Source: Synechococcus sp.
GTDB lineage: Bacteria; Cyanobacteriota; Cyanobacteriia; PCC-6307; Cyanobiaceae
Length of the DNA stretch: 64,000 bases
Assembly (NCBI GenBank): GCA_047285805.1
Contig: JBJBCN010000003.1
Coordinates: 384,001-448,000 of the forward strand
Direction of reading: 5' to 3'
Shown here piece after piece: positions 40,701 through 51,550 of the stretch; position 1 is the stretch's first letter, and the number at the start of each line of letters is the position of its first letter. Below the pieces are notes generated by a model, which saw only the letters and a program-made list of their open reading frames with translations, did not search any database and had not been told where the DNA came from. The translations under genes and the position numbers were made by a program.

Positions 40701-41828
40701 CTAAACAATTGTAAACCGCGGTTTGACCATATGATCTTCTCCAATATCAAACAAATCCAAGTTTGTCCATTTTTTGAGAATTCCAAAGAACTCCAATTTA
40801 TTCATCTTGAAGTAGTCTAGGTATAGAGCTTCGAATTCTTTGGGATAGTAACCATCATAAAGGCGAACAAGATTAACCGCTTGATTTCTGTCCATAGCTC
40901 CCCTTCTAATCTCTATGCTTGCGTCTTGATTTGCTCTACCAAACCCGAATTTCAGGTACATGATATATGTGTGGAGGGCATACAAAGCTTGGTCGTTCTG
41001 GGCAAAGTTTGTAAAAGTACCGCTATTTGTTGAATCTGCCTCCTGAAGCCCACAGTGCTCTTTTGCTACAAGGTAGTTTCTGTATGGGTCCCAATTCTCA
41101 AAATAGGACCAGTGTATGTTGCTTACCTTCGAGTTATCAGGGAATGAAAAAAAATATCTATCGCTTTCACTTGATACGATGCTTTTCATTATCTCTTCGT
41201 ACCCACCTTCAAGGTATACGCGTTTTTGATATTCTGAGCCGTATACGGGAGATTTTGATGTCTCCGAAGATCCTCCATACTCTATTTCGCCATCCTCACT
41301 ATATACGACTAAGGAAATATTGAAACTTTCTGCGATTCTTCCGGGGACCGACTCGATTGCGGCGAGCCAGCCAAAGTATGGCAAGCCCAGTCTTATAAAG
41401 CCTTCCTTATTTAGCTTTTGCATCAAATCGCTTGATGGGCTTACGGATATATGATTAAACCCCGAATTTATAAAGTTTGTTAGATTCGTTTCGCCTAGTT
41501 CAAGTGGTAGCGGAGGTTTAACTGTCACGCATAGGGGATTGAGGCCGAAGTCACTTTTGAGCCTATGAGCAATGTATGAACCATCTTTTCCCCCGCTGAC
41601 CGGGACAACGCAGTCGAAACCCACTGATTTCTTGCTATGGGAATAAAGAATATCTCTCAGCTGAGATTTGCGTTCACTCCAGTCAATCTGTTTTTTCTTG
41701 TTCATCCAAACGCATGCATTGCATAAACCGTCGGAGTTGAAGGTAATTCTTGGGCGAGTGCTCATCGCCAAGCAATTAGAACACCAGCGAGGGTTCATCT
41801 TTTGAATACGTTTCAATTCATCTAACAC
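40701..41828 (-). CDS. second N-acetyl sugar amidotransferase (WbuX/PseA family)
   Basis: CSNC...CNAC, PVSGGKDG, EDGEIEYGG and LKFGFGRA. Confidence 0.9.
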   Translation of the reverse strand: MLDELKRIQKMNPRWCSNCLAMSTRPRITFNSDGLCNACVWMNKKKQIDWSERKSQLRDILYSHSKKSVGFDCVVPVSGGKDGSYIAHRLKSDFGLNPLCVTVKPPLPLELGETNLTNFINSGFNHISVSPSSDLMQKLNKEGFIRLGLPYFGWLAAIESVPGRIAESFNISLVVYSEDGEIEYGGSSETSKSPVYGSEYQKRVYLEGGYEEIMKSIVSSESDRYFFSFPDNSKVSNIHWSYFENWDPYRNYLVAKEHCGLQEADSTNSGTFTNFAQNDQALYALHTYIMYLKFGFGRANQDASIEIRRGAMDRNQAVNLVRLYDGYYPKEFEALYLDYFKMNKLEFFGILKKWTNLDLFDIGEDHMVKPRFTIV

Positions 41829-41851
41829 AACTGCTCCCCATAGTCAATCTG

Positions 41852-43681
41852 TTACGTAGCCTGTGTGAATTCAGTCCCCTCGGCTGAGTGCCGTGTACTT
41901 CCCCCAAGCTCGAATGCATTGTGTACAGCTTGGAGCGCTTTGATTCCCTCACCTTCGGGCACCACGCAGCTCGTGCGGATTTCGCTGGTGGCGATCATCT
42001 CGATGTTGATCTGAGCGATAGCTAGGGCGCGGAACATCCGGCCAGCGGTTCCAGCGGTGCAGGGCATGCCCGCACCGACGGCACTTATCCGGGCGATGGC
42101 CATCCCTTCTTCAAATCTGGCCCCTGCCCACTGGTTTAGTAGCGGTTGTAGGGCTGCTTTGGCTCTTCCGAGGTCCTCGCGCTTGAGGCAGAAGCCCATG
42201 TCTCGACTGACGTGTTCGCCGGAGCCGCGGGTCCGCTCGGATTGCACGATCGCGTCCAGGCTGACGCCGGCGTCGGCCAGGGCCCGGCAGACCGCTGCGG
42301 CCGTTCCTGGCTTATCGGGAATGCGGCGTACTGCCACTTGGGCTTGATCCCGATCGAGCGCAACACCGCGCACCTCAGGTTGGCCGGACCCGGAGGGGGT
42401 GGGATTGAGATGCAGATGGCGTTCGCTCAGCTCAAAGCAGTGGGCTGCCGCCTGCAGGGCCTTGTTACCTTGATGTCCGGCGACCAGGCAGCTCACCTTG
42501 ACTTCGCTGGTGGCGATCAGACGCAGGTTGATGCCGCCCTTGGCCAAGGTGTCGAATAGGCGCGCGGCCACGCCGGGCCGACCCATGATTCCGGCCCCAG
42601 CAATGCTGAGTTTGGCCATCCCGGCCTGGGTGCTCAGGGTGGCCCCAGCCGCCTTGGCATCCATGGAGTCCAGGAGGCTCAGGCAGACCGCCTTCGCATC
42701 GTCCAGTTGCGCCTCCGCCACGGTGAAGGCGATGTCGTTGCTACTGCCTTCGTGGGTGGACTGAACAATCAGATCCACGCTTAAGCCCGCATTGGAGAGG
42801 GCTTCAAACAGTTGAGCGGCGACCCCAGGGCGATCGGGCACGTGGGAGAGCGCGAGAACGGCCTGATCGGTCTCCAGCTCCGCCCCATCCACTGGCTTGC
42901 CCAGCTCCAGTCCTTCACCGCTACCCCGATGGCTGGTGCTGTCGCTCGTGAGCAACGTACCCGGGGCATCGCTCCAGCTCGAGCGCACCACCAGAGGTAC
43001 GCCGTAGTTCCGGGCGATCTCGACAGCCCTTGGATGCAAGACAGCGGCGCCGAGGCTTGCCAGTTCGAGCATCTCGTCGCAGGTCACCGTCTCCATCAGT
43101 TGGGCATCGGCCACCTTGCGCGGATCGGTGGTCAGGACGCCGGGGACATCGGTGTAGATCTCGCAGGCATCAGCATCGATGGCTGCTGCCAAGGCCACGG
43201 CTGAAGTGTCGGAGCCGCCGCGGCCCAGGGTGGTGATCTCGGGAACCCCCGAGAGGCTGTTGCTGGTGCCCTGGAATCCGGCGACCACCACGACGTTGCC
43301 GTCATCCAGGAGCCGGCGCACCCGCTCAGTTTTGATCTCGAGGATCCTGGCTCGGCCGTGGGCTGATTCGGTGAGGATCCCGACCTGGGGACCTGTCATC
43401 GAGATTGCCGGGATGCCCTGCGCGTGGAGGGCCATCGAGAGCAGCGCGATCGAGACTTGCTCGCCGGTGGCCAGCAGCATGTCCATCTCCCGCTGAGGTG
43501 GGTTATTGCTGATCGCCTGGGCCAGTCCAGTGAGCTCATCGGTGGTGTGACCCATGGCCGACACCACGATCACCAGATCGTTCCCGTCTTCCTTGCTGGC
43601 GGCAATGCGCTTGGCCACAGCCTGGATGCGCTCCACATCGGCCACGGAGGTGCCGCCGAATTTCTGGACCAGCAGGGCCAT
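41852..43681 (-). CDS. lysC: aspartate kinase (cyanobacterial, multiple ACT domains)
   Basis: [23 protein letters not shown] and IATSE motifs. Confidence 0.96.
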   Translation of the reverse strand: MALLVQKFGGTSVADVERIQAVAKRIAASKEDGNDLVIVVSAMGHTTDELTGLAQAISNNPPQREMDMLLATGEQVSIALLSMALHAQGIPAISMTGPQVGILTESAHGRARILEIKTERVRRLLDDGNVVVVAGFQGTSNSLSGVPEITTLGRGGSDTSAVALAAAIDADACEIYTDVPGVLTTDPRKVADAQLMETVTCDEMLELASLGAAVLHPRAVEIARNYGVPLVVRSSWSDAPGTLLTSDSTSHRGSGEGLELGKPVDGAELETDQAVLALSHVPDRPGVAAQLFEALSNAGLSVDLIVQSTHEGSSNDIAFTVAEAQLDDAKAVCLSLLDSMDAKAAGATLSTQAGMAKLSIAGAGIMGRPGVAARLFDTLAKGGINLRLIATSEVKVSCLVAGHQGNKALQAAAHCFELSERHLHLNPTPSGSGQPEVRGVALDRDQAQVAVRRIPDKPGTAAAVCRALADAGVSLDAIVQSERTRGSGEHVSRDMGFCLKREDLGRAKAALQPLLNQWAGARFEEGMAIARISAVGAGMPCTAGTAGRMFRALAIAQINIEMIATSEIRTSCVVPEGEGIKALQAVHNAFELGGSTRHSAEGTEFTQAT

Positions 43682-43713
43682 GGGTGGGCGCGAGTGCGGA
43701 ATCGACGATTGTC

Positions 43714-44694
43714 CTATGGCGCCAGCAGGAACCCGTCCCGGAAGGCATCACCGGGGTTGATTCCCCGCTTCAGGCGGGCCTCCACCTCCAGGAGTTGACG
43801 CAGCAGGAGGAGAAATCGTTCCGGTTTGCGCCCTCGGATCTGTTTGCGCATCACGTAGATCCGTTTGGGATTGCCGATTCCGGCGGCCTTGGCGATGGCA
43901 TTGACATCGTCTTCCCCTTGCTGATCGAGCAGGCTCACCCAGAGCCAACCCCGGATCTGCCCGCACAGGGTGGCCACGATCCGTAGGGCCGGTTCATTGG
44001 CCGCCAGCAGGACATCCACCAGGGCCACCGCTTCGGCGGGAGCACCCGCCAGGAGCGCATCGCCCACTTGCAGCGCATTGGTGGCCTGGCTGCCAATCAG
44101 GGCTTCGACTGCTTGAGCGGTGATTGCCTGCCCTGCTCCGACATAGAGGGACAGTTTTTCCAGTTCGTTAGCCAGCCTGGCGCTATCGCTGCCGATGGCA
44201 TCGCTCAGGGCTTGGGCGGCCTCGGCTTGAAGCTTCAGTCCCAGCTCTTGGGCCGTGCGTTGCACCAAGTCCACCTGCCCGGATCCATCCCAGATCGCCG
44301 GCAGTTGAAAGCTGCGCTCTTTGGCTTCCCCGCTTTTGACCAGTTTTTGAAGGGCTTTGGTGGTCTTGAGCCGCCCATCCGGTTTGGCAGCGTTGACCAG
44401 CACCAAATGGCATTGCTCCGCCACCAGGTTCAGCGTGGCCTCCAGTTGCTCCGCCAGATCAGCAGGGCAATGGTTGCAAAAGGGGCTGCGCTGCAAAACG
44501 ATCACGCGATCCCCAGCTCCAAAGGGGGCCGTTCGCGCTTCCTCCAAGGCTTGGGTGGCGTGGTTGGCATCGTTGCCGTCCAGACGGCTGAGGTTGATGC
44601 TTTGCCACGAGGGATCCACCTGGCTGTTGACCAGCGCTTCGACGGCCCGGCTGCGCGCGGCTTCGTCGTCACCCCAGATCAGATGGATCGGCAT
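43714..44694 (-). CDS. holA: DNA polymerase III delta subunit
   Basis: [25 protein letters not shown] and IGNPKRIY. Confidence 0.9.
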   Translation of the reverse strand: MPIHLIWGDDEAARSRAVEALVNSQVDPSWQSINLSRLDGNDANHATQALEEARTAPFGAGDRVIVLQRSPFCNHCPADLAEQLEATLNLVAEQCHLVLVNAAKPDGRLKTTKALQKLVKSGEAKERSFQLPAIWDGSGQVDLVQRTAQELGLKLQAEAAQALSDAIGSDSARLANELEKLSLYVGAGQAITAQAVEALIGSQATNALQVGDALLAGAPAEAVALVDVLLAANEPALRIVATLCGQIRGWLWVSLLDQQGEDDVNAIAKAAGIGNPKRIYVMRKQIRGRKPERFLLLLRQLLEVEARLKRGINPGDAFRDGFLLAP

Positions 44695-45377
44695 GGCAGC
44701 ACCGGGTGCAGTGCAGTTTGCGCCAGATCTCCATCGGCTGTGACCAAGACGGCCACTTCGTTCTGAATGGCCGTTGCCAGTTCGATGGCTTGGTTGAGGT
44801 CCAGCTCCGGTTCTTGTTGTTGGAGACGGCTGGCGGCCAGAGCCAGGCTCCCATCGAGCGGCACCTGAAGCCAGTGTCTTGGGTTGGCAAAGGCGGCGCT
44901 GTAGCGCAAGGCACGGGCTTCATCCCCTTGGCTCAGGGCAGCGTCCATGACCGTAATCAGGCTGATGCTGCTGATGACCCCTTGCCAGCTCCCCTGAGCG
45001 ATGCCTTGAAGGATGGGCTCCAGCACCTGGCTGGTGTGTGGGTCGTCCTGCAAAAAGGCCACAAGCGCGCTGCCATCCAGTCCGATGCGGCTGCCGGGGC
45101 CCAGTTGTCGGGCTTGGAAGCGGGCTTTTGCATGGGCTCCCCCAGGCACCCGTTGGGGTGTGCTTCGCTTCTGGGCACTGCCCTTGAGGCTCAGCAGGTT
45201 CTCCATCGCCTCTTGGCTGCTGGTGCCACCCGCCGCGTCCTGCAGGGGAACGATGGCCGCCAGATCCTGGCGGTGGCGTTGGATGACCAGCCGCTCACCC
45301 TTTGAGGCTCGCACCAGCAGTTCTGGGAAGCGCTGACGGGCCTCTTGCACTCCAAACCGCTCCACCCCACTCATCAC
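44679..45377 (-). CDS. Phd/YefM antitoxin-domain + PIN (VapC-like) fusion protein
   Basis: N-terminal GVQEARQRFPELLVRASKGERLVIQRH (Phd-like); C-terminal IGLDGS...AIELATA...VLVTAD (PIN-like), in one frame; start GTG 45377 or ATG 45374. Confidence 0.75.
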   Translation of the reverse strand: MMSGVERFGVQEARQRFPELLVRASKGERLVIQRHRQDLAAIVPLQDAAGGTSSQEAMENLLSLKGSAQKRSTPQRVPGGAHAKARFQARQLGPGSRIGLDGSALVAFLQDDPHTSQVLEPILQGIAQGSWQGVISSISLITVMDAALSQGDEARALRYSAAFANPRHWLQVPLDGSLALAASRLQQQEPELDLNQAIELATAIQNEVAVLVTADGDLAQTALHPVLPCRSI

Positions 45378-45398
45378 TCTGCACAGTCTGTACAGAGT
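45376..45398. promoter_or_regulatory. putative operator palindrome
   Basis: ACTCTGCACAGTCTGTACAGAGT is 20/23 self-complementary and contains the perfect palindrome TCTGTACAGA (45387-45396). Confidence 0.6.
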
Positions 45399-45411
45399 CT
45401 GTCATCCGGGC

Positions 45412-46059
45412 ATGCTTGTCCTTATGGGATTCGACCATCCGATCTTCAGCGAGAGCCTGCGCTTGATCGAAGCCGCCCTGCCTGAAGGGGCCTTGCAGGG
45501 GTTGTCGGTTCCAGAACGGGATGTCCTACTGCGTTTGATCCATAGCAGTGGTGATTTGAGCTTGGTGTCCGGGGTGTCCTTCTCCCATCAGGCTTGTGAG
45601 CGGGGTCTGCGGGCCCTCAGTGTCCAGGTGCCGATCCTGACGGACACCGCGATGGCGGCGGCGGCCGTGGCTCCGATGGCCCGCCGGACCTTCGGGAATG
45701 TGGTGCGCAGTGTCTTGGATTGGGCTCCCGAGCAGGCCCCCAAGGACGGGACCCGAGCGGCGCTGGGAATGCAGGAAGCTTTGCGTTCTCACCCTGGAGC
45801 TATCGTGTTGATCGGTAGTGCGCCAACGGCTCTTGAGCTCTTGCTTGAGCAGGTCCACAGCAGCCAGGTGGCGCCTCCTGCGTTGGTGATCGGGATGCCC
45901 GTCGGCTTTGTCGGCGTCGCCGAGAGCAAGGCTCGTCTAGCGGCCAGTGAGTTGCCTCAAATCCGACTGGATGGCAGCCGCGGTGGCGCTGGCTTGGTTG
46001 CTGCTGCCGTCAATGCCCTGTTGCGCCGGGCTTGGTTCGATCAGGCGGCGTCGGCTTGA
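45412..46059 (+). CDS. cobH: precorrin-8X methylmutase
   Basis: [30 protein letters not shown] and GGAG..AAAVNAL. Confidence 0.92.
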   Translation: MLVLMGFDHPIFSESLRLIEAALPEGALQGLSVPERDVLLRLIHSSGDLSLVSGVSFSHQACERGLRALSVQVPILTDTAMAAAAVAPMARRTFGNVVRSVLDWAPEQAPKDGTRAALGMQEALRSHPGAIVLIGSAPTALELLLEQVHSSQVAPPALVIGMPVGFVGVAESKARLAASELPQIRLDGSRGGAGLVAAAVNALLRRAWFDQAASA

Positions 46060-48752
46060 ACGCTGACGTGGCTGTTGGCTTCAATCCGGCTCAAAACCTG
46101 ACGGGCACGCAGCACCACCGGGGCTGGCACGCCGGCGAGCCGAGCGGCTTCGATGCCGTAACTGCGGTTGGCGCCGCCGTTCACGACCCGATGCAGGAAG
46201 CGCAGGGTTGAGCCGGTGTCTTCCACCAGCACCTGGGCGTTTTCAACGTTGCCGCGCTGCTCGGCTAGCTCGTTGAGCTCGTGATAGTGGGTCGCAAAGA
46301 TGCTGCGGGCGCCGATGTCGCCGGAGAGGTACTCCGCCACAGCCCAGGCGATCGACAGGCCATCGAAGGTGGCGGTTCCCCGCCCGATTTCATCGAGTAA
46401 CACAAGGGACTGGCTGCTGGCGTGGTGAAGGATGTTGGCCGTCTCGGCCATCTCGACCATGAAGGTGGATTGGCCCGCCGTTAGGTCATCGCCCGCCCCC
46501 ACCCGGGTGAAGATGCGATCGGCGATCCCCAGCCGTGCAGAGTCAGCCGGGATCCAGCTGCCGATCTGAGCCATCAGCTGCAGCAGGCCGGTTTGGCGCA
46601 GGTAGCAGCTCTTGCCGCTGGCGTTGGGCCCCGTGAGCACCACCAGGTCACAGCCCTCGCCGAGGCCCACGTCATTGGGGGTGAAGGCCTCGTCCACCAG
46701 CAGTTGCTCCACCACGGGGTGGCGTCCCCCTTGGATCTCCAGGCAGCGACTGCCAGGGACCAGTTTCGGCTTGCAGTACCCGCAGGTGGCCGCTACTTCC
46801 GCTAGTGAGGCCAGTGCATCCAGTTCAGCGACGAGCCGTGCGGCGAAGCGAATTGGCCCGGCCTGCTCGCCCACTTGCTGACGCAGCTGGCAAAACAGCT
46901 CGTATTCCCGCTGTGCAGCACGGGCTTTCAGCTGGAAGATCCGACCTTCGCGGCTCTTGAGCTCTGGAGTGACGAAGCGCTCTTCGTTCGCCAAGGTCTG
47001 CCGGCGAATCCAGTGCTCCGGCAAGTCTTTGGCCTTGGACTTACTGACGGAGAGGAAGTAGCCAAAGGTGCGGTGGTACTGGAGTTTCAGGGTGCTGATC
47101 CCGCTGTTCAGCCGTTCCGCCTGCTCCTGCTCGGCCAGCCAGGCGTCCTGGTCATCCAGCTGGTTGCGCAGACCATCGAGTTGTGGGTCCACGCCGTCGT
47201 GGATCAGTTCTCCCTCCGTCAGGGTCAACGGTGGGGTCTCCAGCAACTGATGCCGCAGTTCAGCAGCGAGTGCATCGAGTTCCTCCCATGGCCGAGCCAG
47301 TGCCATCAGCGGAGCACTGGTGACCTCTCCCAACAGGCCAGCCAGGGCCGGGAGTCGTTCCAGACCACCCGCTAAGGCCACGAGATCCCGGGCGGATGCG
47401 GTTCCCGCGCCGGCCCGTCCGGCGAGCCGCTCCAGATCCCCCATGGGCCTCAGCAGGCGGCGCACCCCCAGCCGCAAGCTGCGGGCCTGACTGCCGCTCA
47501 CCAGTTCCCCAATCGCATCTTGGCGGGAGCGGATCAGCTCGAGATCCACAAGGGGAGCCTCGATCCAGCGTCGCAGGCATCGGCCCCCCATGGCCGTCAT
47601 CGTCCGGTCCAGGGTCCACAGCAGTGACCCCTGGAGACCCCCCCCCAACTGCGTCTTGGTGAGTTCGAGATTGCGCTGGGTCGCTGCGTCGAGCACCAGC
47701 TGATCGCTAGCACTCCAGCTGGTGGGCAACTCCAGGGGGATCTTGTGGCCCGGCTGGGTATCGCTCAGGTAGCGGAGTAGCCCTCCAGCAGCCCGCAGGG
47801 CCAAGGGGGTTTCGCCCAACCCCAAGCCATCAACGCTGGCCAGTCCAAAGCGCTCCAGCACGGTGGCTTTCGACTCATTGAGCGCAAAAGGAGTGCGGCT
47901 TAAGGGCGTCAGTTGCAGGGAGATTGGACACCAAGCAGGACGTTCGCTCCCGCTTTCGGGGTTCGGCCAGAGCACCTCAGCGGCCTCGACCTGCAGCAGT
48001 TCCTGGTGGAGTTGGTCACTGCCCTCCTGCTCGGTCACCCGGAATTCGCCCGTGCTCACGTCGGCGATCGCGAGGCCCCAACGCTCTTGGTCGCACACCA
48101 CCGCGCAGAGCCAGTTGTTGCGGCGCGCGCTGAGCATCCCCTCCTCAAGCACCGTGCCTGGGGTCAGCACCCGTGTGATTTCCCGTTTCAGTAAGGCAGG
48201 CTTTCCGGCGCGTTTGCTACGTTCAGCTGCTTCTTCAACTTGGTCGCAGAGGGCCACGCTGAAGCCACGGCCCACCAGATCGGCGCAGTACCGCTCGGCC
48301 GCGTGATGGGGAATGCCCGCCATTGGCACCCGCCCGATCGCTTTGCCCCCTTCTTTTCCCGTCAGGGTCAACTCCAGCAGCCGGGAGAGGGCAATCGCAT
48401 CCTCGAAAAAGCATTCGAAAAAGTCACCGAGCCGGTAGAGCAAGACCCGCTCCGGATGCTCCGCTTTCAGTTCGACGTAGTGGCGCAGCATCGGCGTGAG
48501 CTGCTCGCGATCCACGAGGCTGTGGTGGTGCCAGGGGGGTAGGTCGTCGTTGCTGCTGGCCTGCTCCTGGCTGTTCTCGGGTTCCTGGGGAGTGGTGGTT
48601 CGTTGGCGAGTGCGGGGCCTCGACTTGGCATCCCGCGCAAGGGTCTCTTGGTCCAGCTCTGAAGCGGCTTCCTCGCGAGGCGGGGCTTTCTTGGCCTCTT
48701 GTTCAAGTCCGAACAGCGAGCCCTGCAGTGCCAACTCGGTTTGGTCGGCCAC
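46041..48752 (-). CDS. mutS: DNA mismatch repair protein MutS
   Basis: [37 protein letters not shown] and ATHYHEL; GTG 48752 assumed as start. Confidence 0.97.
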   Translation of the reverse strand: MADQTELALQGSLFGLEQEAKKAPPREEAASELDQETLARDAKSRPRTRQRTTTPQEPENSQEQASSNDDLPPWHHHSLVDREQLTPMLRHYVELKAEHPERVLLYRLGDFFECFFEDAIALSRLLELTLTGKEGGKAIGRVPMAGIPHHAAERYCADLVGRGFSVALCDQVEEAAERSKRAGKPALLKREITRVLTPGTVLEEGMLSARRNNWLCAVVCDQERWGLAIADVSTGEFRVTEQEGSDQLHQELLQVEAAEVLWPNPESGSERPAWCPISLQLTPLSRTPFALNESKATVLERFGLASVDGLGLGETPLALRAAGGLLRYLSDTQPGHKIPLELPTSWSASDQLVLDAATQRNLELTKTQLGGGLQGSLLWTLDRTMTAMGGRCLRRWIEAPLVDLELIRSRQDAIGELVSGSQARSLRLGVRRLLRPMGDLERLAGRAGAGTASARDLVALAGGLERLPALAGLLGEVTSAPLMALARPWEELDALAAELRHQLLETPPLTLTEGELIHDGVDPQLDGLRNQLDDQDAWLAEQEQAERLNSGISTLKLQYHRTFGYFLSVSKSKAKDLPEHWIRRQTLANEERFVTPELKSREGRIFQLKARAAQREYELFCQLRQQVGEQAGPIRFAARLVAELDALASLAEVAATCGYCKPKLVPGSRCLEIQGGRHPVVEQLLVDEAFTPNDVGLGEGCDLVVLTGPNASGKSCYLRQTGLLQLMAQIGSWIPADSARLGIADRIFTRVGAGDDLTAGQSTFMVEMAETANILHHASSQSLVLLDEIGRGTATFDGLSIAWAVAEYLSGDIGARSIFATHYHELNELAEQRGNVENAQVLVEDTGSTLRFLHRVVNGGANRSYGIEAARLAGVPAPVVLRARQVLSRIEANSHVSVQADAA

Positions 48753-48883
48753 AGGCAGTCTGTCTTGAACGCGGCCAGATCGTAGGCGCGCCACAACTTG
48801 TGAAGGAACCCCAGACCGCTTCGCTGACACCAGGAACCAGCGTGGGAGAATTCCTTGACTGACGGGACGCCACCACCAGCTCC

Positions 48884-49072
48884 ATGACGATCCTCAACAC
48901 CCTTTCAGTCCTGGCCCTGGTGGTGATGTCCTTTGCTCTGATCGTTGCCGTCCCCGTTCTGTACGCGAGCGATGACACCAGCGGTCGCTCCAACCGCCTG
49001 ATCCTGCTGGGCAGCATCGCTTGGGTCGCCCTGGTGCTGGTCAACTGGGGTATGAGTTTCTTTGTGGTCTGA
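48884..49072 (+). CDS. psbZ: photosystem II protein Z
   Basis: 62 aa with two TM helices, [14 protein letters not shown]; upstream of ribH as usual. Confidence 0.93.
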   Translation: MTILNTLSVLALVVMSFALIVAVPVLYASDDTSGRSNRLILLGSIAWVALVLVNWGMSFFVV

Positions 49073-49115
49073 TCGGGCCTCTGCTTAGGCTGAGCGAACC
49101 GCGAGCTCAGCTGAC

Positions 49116-49598
49116 GTGACCGTTTTTGAAGGGCAGTTTTCTGGCGCGTCCGGATTGCGGATAGCCATTGTTGTTGCCCGTTTCAACGATTTGGTGACGG
49201 CGAAGCTGCTGAGCGGCTGCCTGGATTGCCTGTCGCGCCACGGCATTGATATCTGCGACAACAGCGCCCAGCTGGACGTGGCTTGGGTGCCGGGCAGCTT
49301 TGAAATTCCCTTGGTGGCTCAGCGCCTGGCTGTTTCCGGCCGCTACCAAGTCCTGATCACCTTGGGAGCGGTGATTCGCGGTGACACTCCCCACTTCGAT
49401 GTGGTGGTCTCTGAGGTCAGCAAAGGTGTTGCGGCAGTCAGTCGCGATTCCGGCGTGCCCGTGATCTTTGGCGTCCTTACCACCGACACGATGCAGCAGG
49501 CATTGGAGCGCGCTGGCATCAAGAGCAACCTGGGCTGGAGCTATGGCCTGCAGGCGATCGAGATGGGCAGCCTGATGGCCTCTTTGCCCCAGGCTTAG
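49116..49598 (+). CDS. ribH: lumazine synthase
   Basis: [25 protein letters not shown] and QALERAG. Confidence 0.96.
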   Translation: MTVFEGQFSGASGLRIAIVVARFNDLVTAKLLSGCLDCLSRHGIDICDNSAQLDVAWVPGSFEIPLVAQRLAVSGRYQVLITLGAVIRGDTPHFDVVVSEVSKGVAAVSRDSGVPVIFGVLTTDTMQQALERAGIKSNLGWSYGLQAIEMGSLMASLPQA

Positions 49599-50050
49599 TT
49601 GTCTCGGCGCATCAGCCGCTGTCCCGCGACCTCCACAAACCCCAGCTGCTGGTAGAAGCCGGAGCTGTTGGTGGTCATCAGATAGACCCTCTCCACCCCT
49701 TTGAGTTGGCGGGAGTTGGCCAGGGCTTCCACCAGCTGACGGCCCAGACCCTTCCCCTGGAGGTCTTCGGGGATGACCACATCCCAGAGCACGGCCCGGT
49801 AGATACCATCGCTGGTGGCACGGCCAAAGCCCACGAGGCGCTTACCCCGCCACAGGCTGGCGACCGCTACGCTCCCCTTGAGCATGCGTCGCAGCTCCTC
49901 AATTGAGCGGTTCTCGGCCCAGAAGGCGTGCTGATTGAACAGACGCTGCAGCTTGAACAGGCCACGGGTGGGTCTCCAACCCGGCCCCATCCCGAGCCAG
50001 CACAGTCCTGGAGCACCCGGGGCATGCAGGATCAGCCTGGTCCCTTCCAT
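49595..50050 (-). CDS. GNAT acetyltransferase (Ycf52-like)
   Basis: [21 protein letters not shown] acetyl-CoA motif and FYQQLGF. Confidence 0.85.
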   Translation of the reverse strand: MEGTRLILHAPGAPGLCWLGMGPGWRPTRGLFKLQRLFNQHAFWAENRSIEELRRMLKGSVAVASLWRGKRLVGFGRATSDGIYRAVLWDVVIPEDLQGKGLGRQLVEALANSRQLKGVERVYLMTTNSSGFYQQLGFVEVAGQRLMRRDN

Positions 50051-50079
50051 GCCAACATCCTCCCAGCGGGCGGACAACC

Positions 50080-50970
50080 TTGGCTCAGGAGCGCAAGGGC
50101 ATCATTCTCGCCGGCGGTTCGGGAACGCGGCTTCATCCGATCACCCAGGCGGTGAGCAAACAGTTGTTGCCCGTTTACGACAAGCCGATGATTTATTACC
50201 CCCTCAGCACGTTGATGCTGGCGGGGATTCGTGAGGTCTTGGTAATCACCACCCCCCACGATCAAGCCGCGTTCGAGCGGTTGCTCGGGGACGGTTCGGC
50301 CTGGGGAATGCAGATCAGCTATGCCGTGCAACCGAGCCCCGACGGATTGGCCCAGGCGTTCTTGATTGGTGAGGCGTTTCTGGCGGGGGCTCCGGCCGCC
50401 CTTGTGCTGGGGGACAACCTCTTCCATGGCCACGACCTGCTCTTCCAGCTGCGCAGCAGCAACGCTTCTCACCAGGGCGCCACGGTCTTTGCCTATCCGG
50501 TCCGTGATCCGGAGCGCTACGGGGTCGTTGAATTTGCCGCCGACGGCCAGGTCCTCAGCATTGAGGAAAAACCAGCCAACCCCAAGTCCCGTTATGCGGT
50601 GACGGGCCTCTACTTCTATGACGACACCGTTGTGGAGCGGTCGAAGCGGGTGGTGCCTTCAGCGCGGGGTGAGTTGGAGATCACGGATCTCAATGGCCAG
50701 TACCTGCTGGACGGTCAGTTGCAGGTGGAGCTGATGGGCCGGGGCATGGCTTGGCTGGACACCGGCACCTGTGACTCGCTCCACGAGGCAGGGAGCTACA
50801 TCCGCACTCTCGAGCATCGCCAGGGCCTGAAGGTGGGTTGCCCAGAGGAGGTGGCCTGGCGCATGGGCTGGATCAGCGCCGATCAACTGGATACGTTGGC
50901 TCAGCCTCTGCGCAAGAGCGGCTACGGCGACTATTTGCTGCAGCTGCTGGAGTATGCCGATGCAGGCTGA
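50080..50970 (+). CDS. rfbA: glucose-1-phosphate thymidylyltransferase
   Basis: [28 protein letters not shown] and GELEITD. Confidence 0.96.
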   Translation: MAQERKGIILAGGSGTRLHPITQAVSKQLLPVYDKPMIYYPLSTLMLAGIREVLVITTPHDQAAFERLLGDGSAWGMQISYAVQPSPDGLAQAFLIGEAFLAGAPAALVLGDNLFHGHDLLFQLRSSNASHQGATVFAYPVRDPERYGVVEFAADGQVLSIEEKPANPKSRYAVTGLYFYDDTVVERSKRVVPSARGELEITDLNGQYLLDGQLQVELMGRGMAWLDTGTCDSLHEAGSYIRTLEHRQGLKVGCPEEVAWRMGWISADQLDTLAQPLRKSGYGDYLLQLLEYADAG

Positions 50971-51550
50971 GCCTCTCGCCACGGCGGCTGGGGTCCAGCT
51001 TTTCGGGCCGCTCCTGATTACCCCCAGGGTCTATGGCGATGCCCGCGGCTTCTTCTACGAGAGCTGGAACCAACGCAACTTCAATGGCGCCCTTGAGGCG
51101 AATGGACAGACACCCGTTGCGTTCGTCCAGGACAATCATTCCTGCTCCAGTCAGGGGGTCCTGCGCGGTCTCCATTTTCAAAAGGATCCCCATGTCCAGG
51201 GGAAGTTGGTCCGTTGCATCCAGGGGGAAATCTTTGATGTGGCGGTCGATTGCCGCCAGTCCTCGTCCACGTTTGGCCAGTGGGTCAGCGCCCGCTTGAG
51301 CAGTGAGAACCAGCAGCAGCTCTGGGTGCCTGCCGGCTTTGCCCATGGTTTTTTGACTCTGAGCGCCCAGGCTGAGGTCCTCTACAAGACCACTGATTTC
51401 TGGGACCGAGACAGTGAGCGCTCGCTGCTTTGGAGCGATCTCGATCTGGCCATTGCTTGGCCACAGTCCACAGAGCCTCTTTTGGCTGAGAAAGACGCAG
51501 CAGCACCCACTTGGCAGACGCTAATCGCTGCAGGGGATGGCTTCCAGTGA
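50960..51550 (+). CDS. rfbC: dTDP-4-dehydrorhamnose 3,5-epimerase
   Basis: [23 protein letters not shown] and GFAHGF. Confidence 0.95.
   Translation: MQAEPLATAAGVQLFGPLLITPRVYGDARGFFYESWNQRNFNGALEANGQTPVAFVQDNHSCSSQGVLRGLHFQKDPHVQGKLVRCIQGEIFDVAVDCRQSSSTFGQWVSARLSSENQQQLWVPAGFAHGFLTLSAQAEVLYKTTDFWDRDSERSLLWSDLDLAIAWPQSTEPLLAEKDAAAPTWQTLIAAGDGFQ

Larger units (their letters stand above)
37500..41828. other. low-GC genomic island 2: glycan modification genes (4 ORFs)
   Basis: Very AT-rich (spot counts 16/60 GC at 39901, 22/60 at 41401) between convergent purF and lysC; no integrase. Confidence 0.88.
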
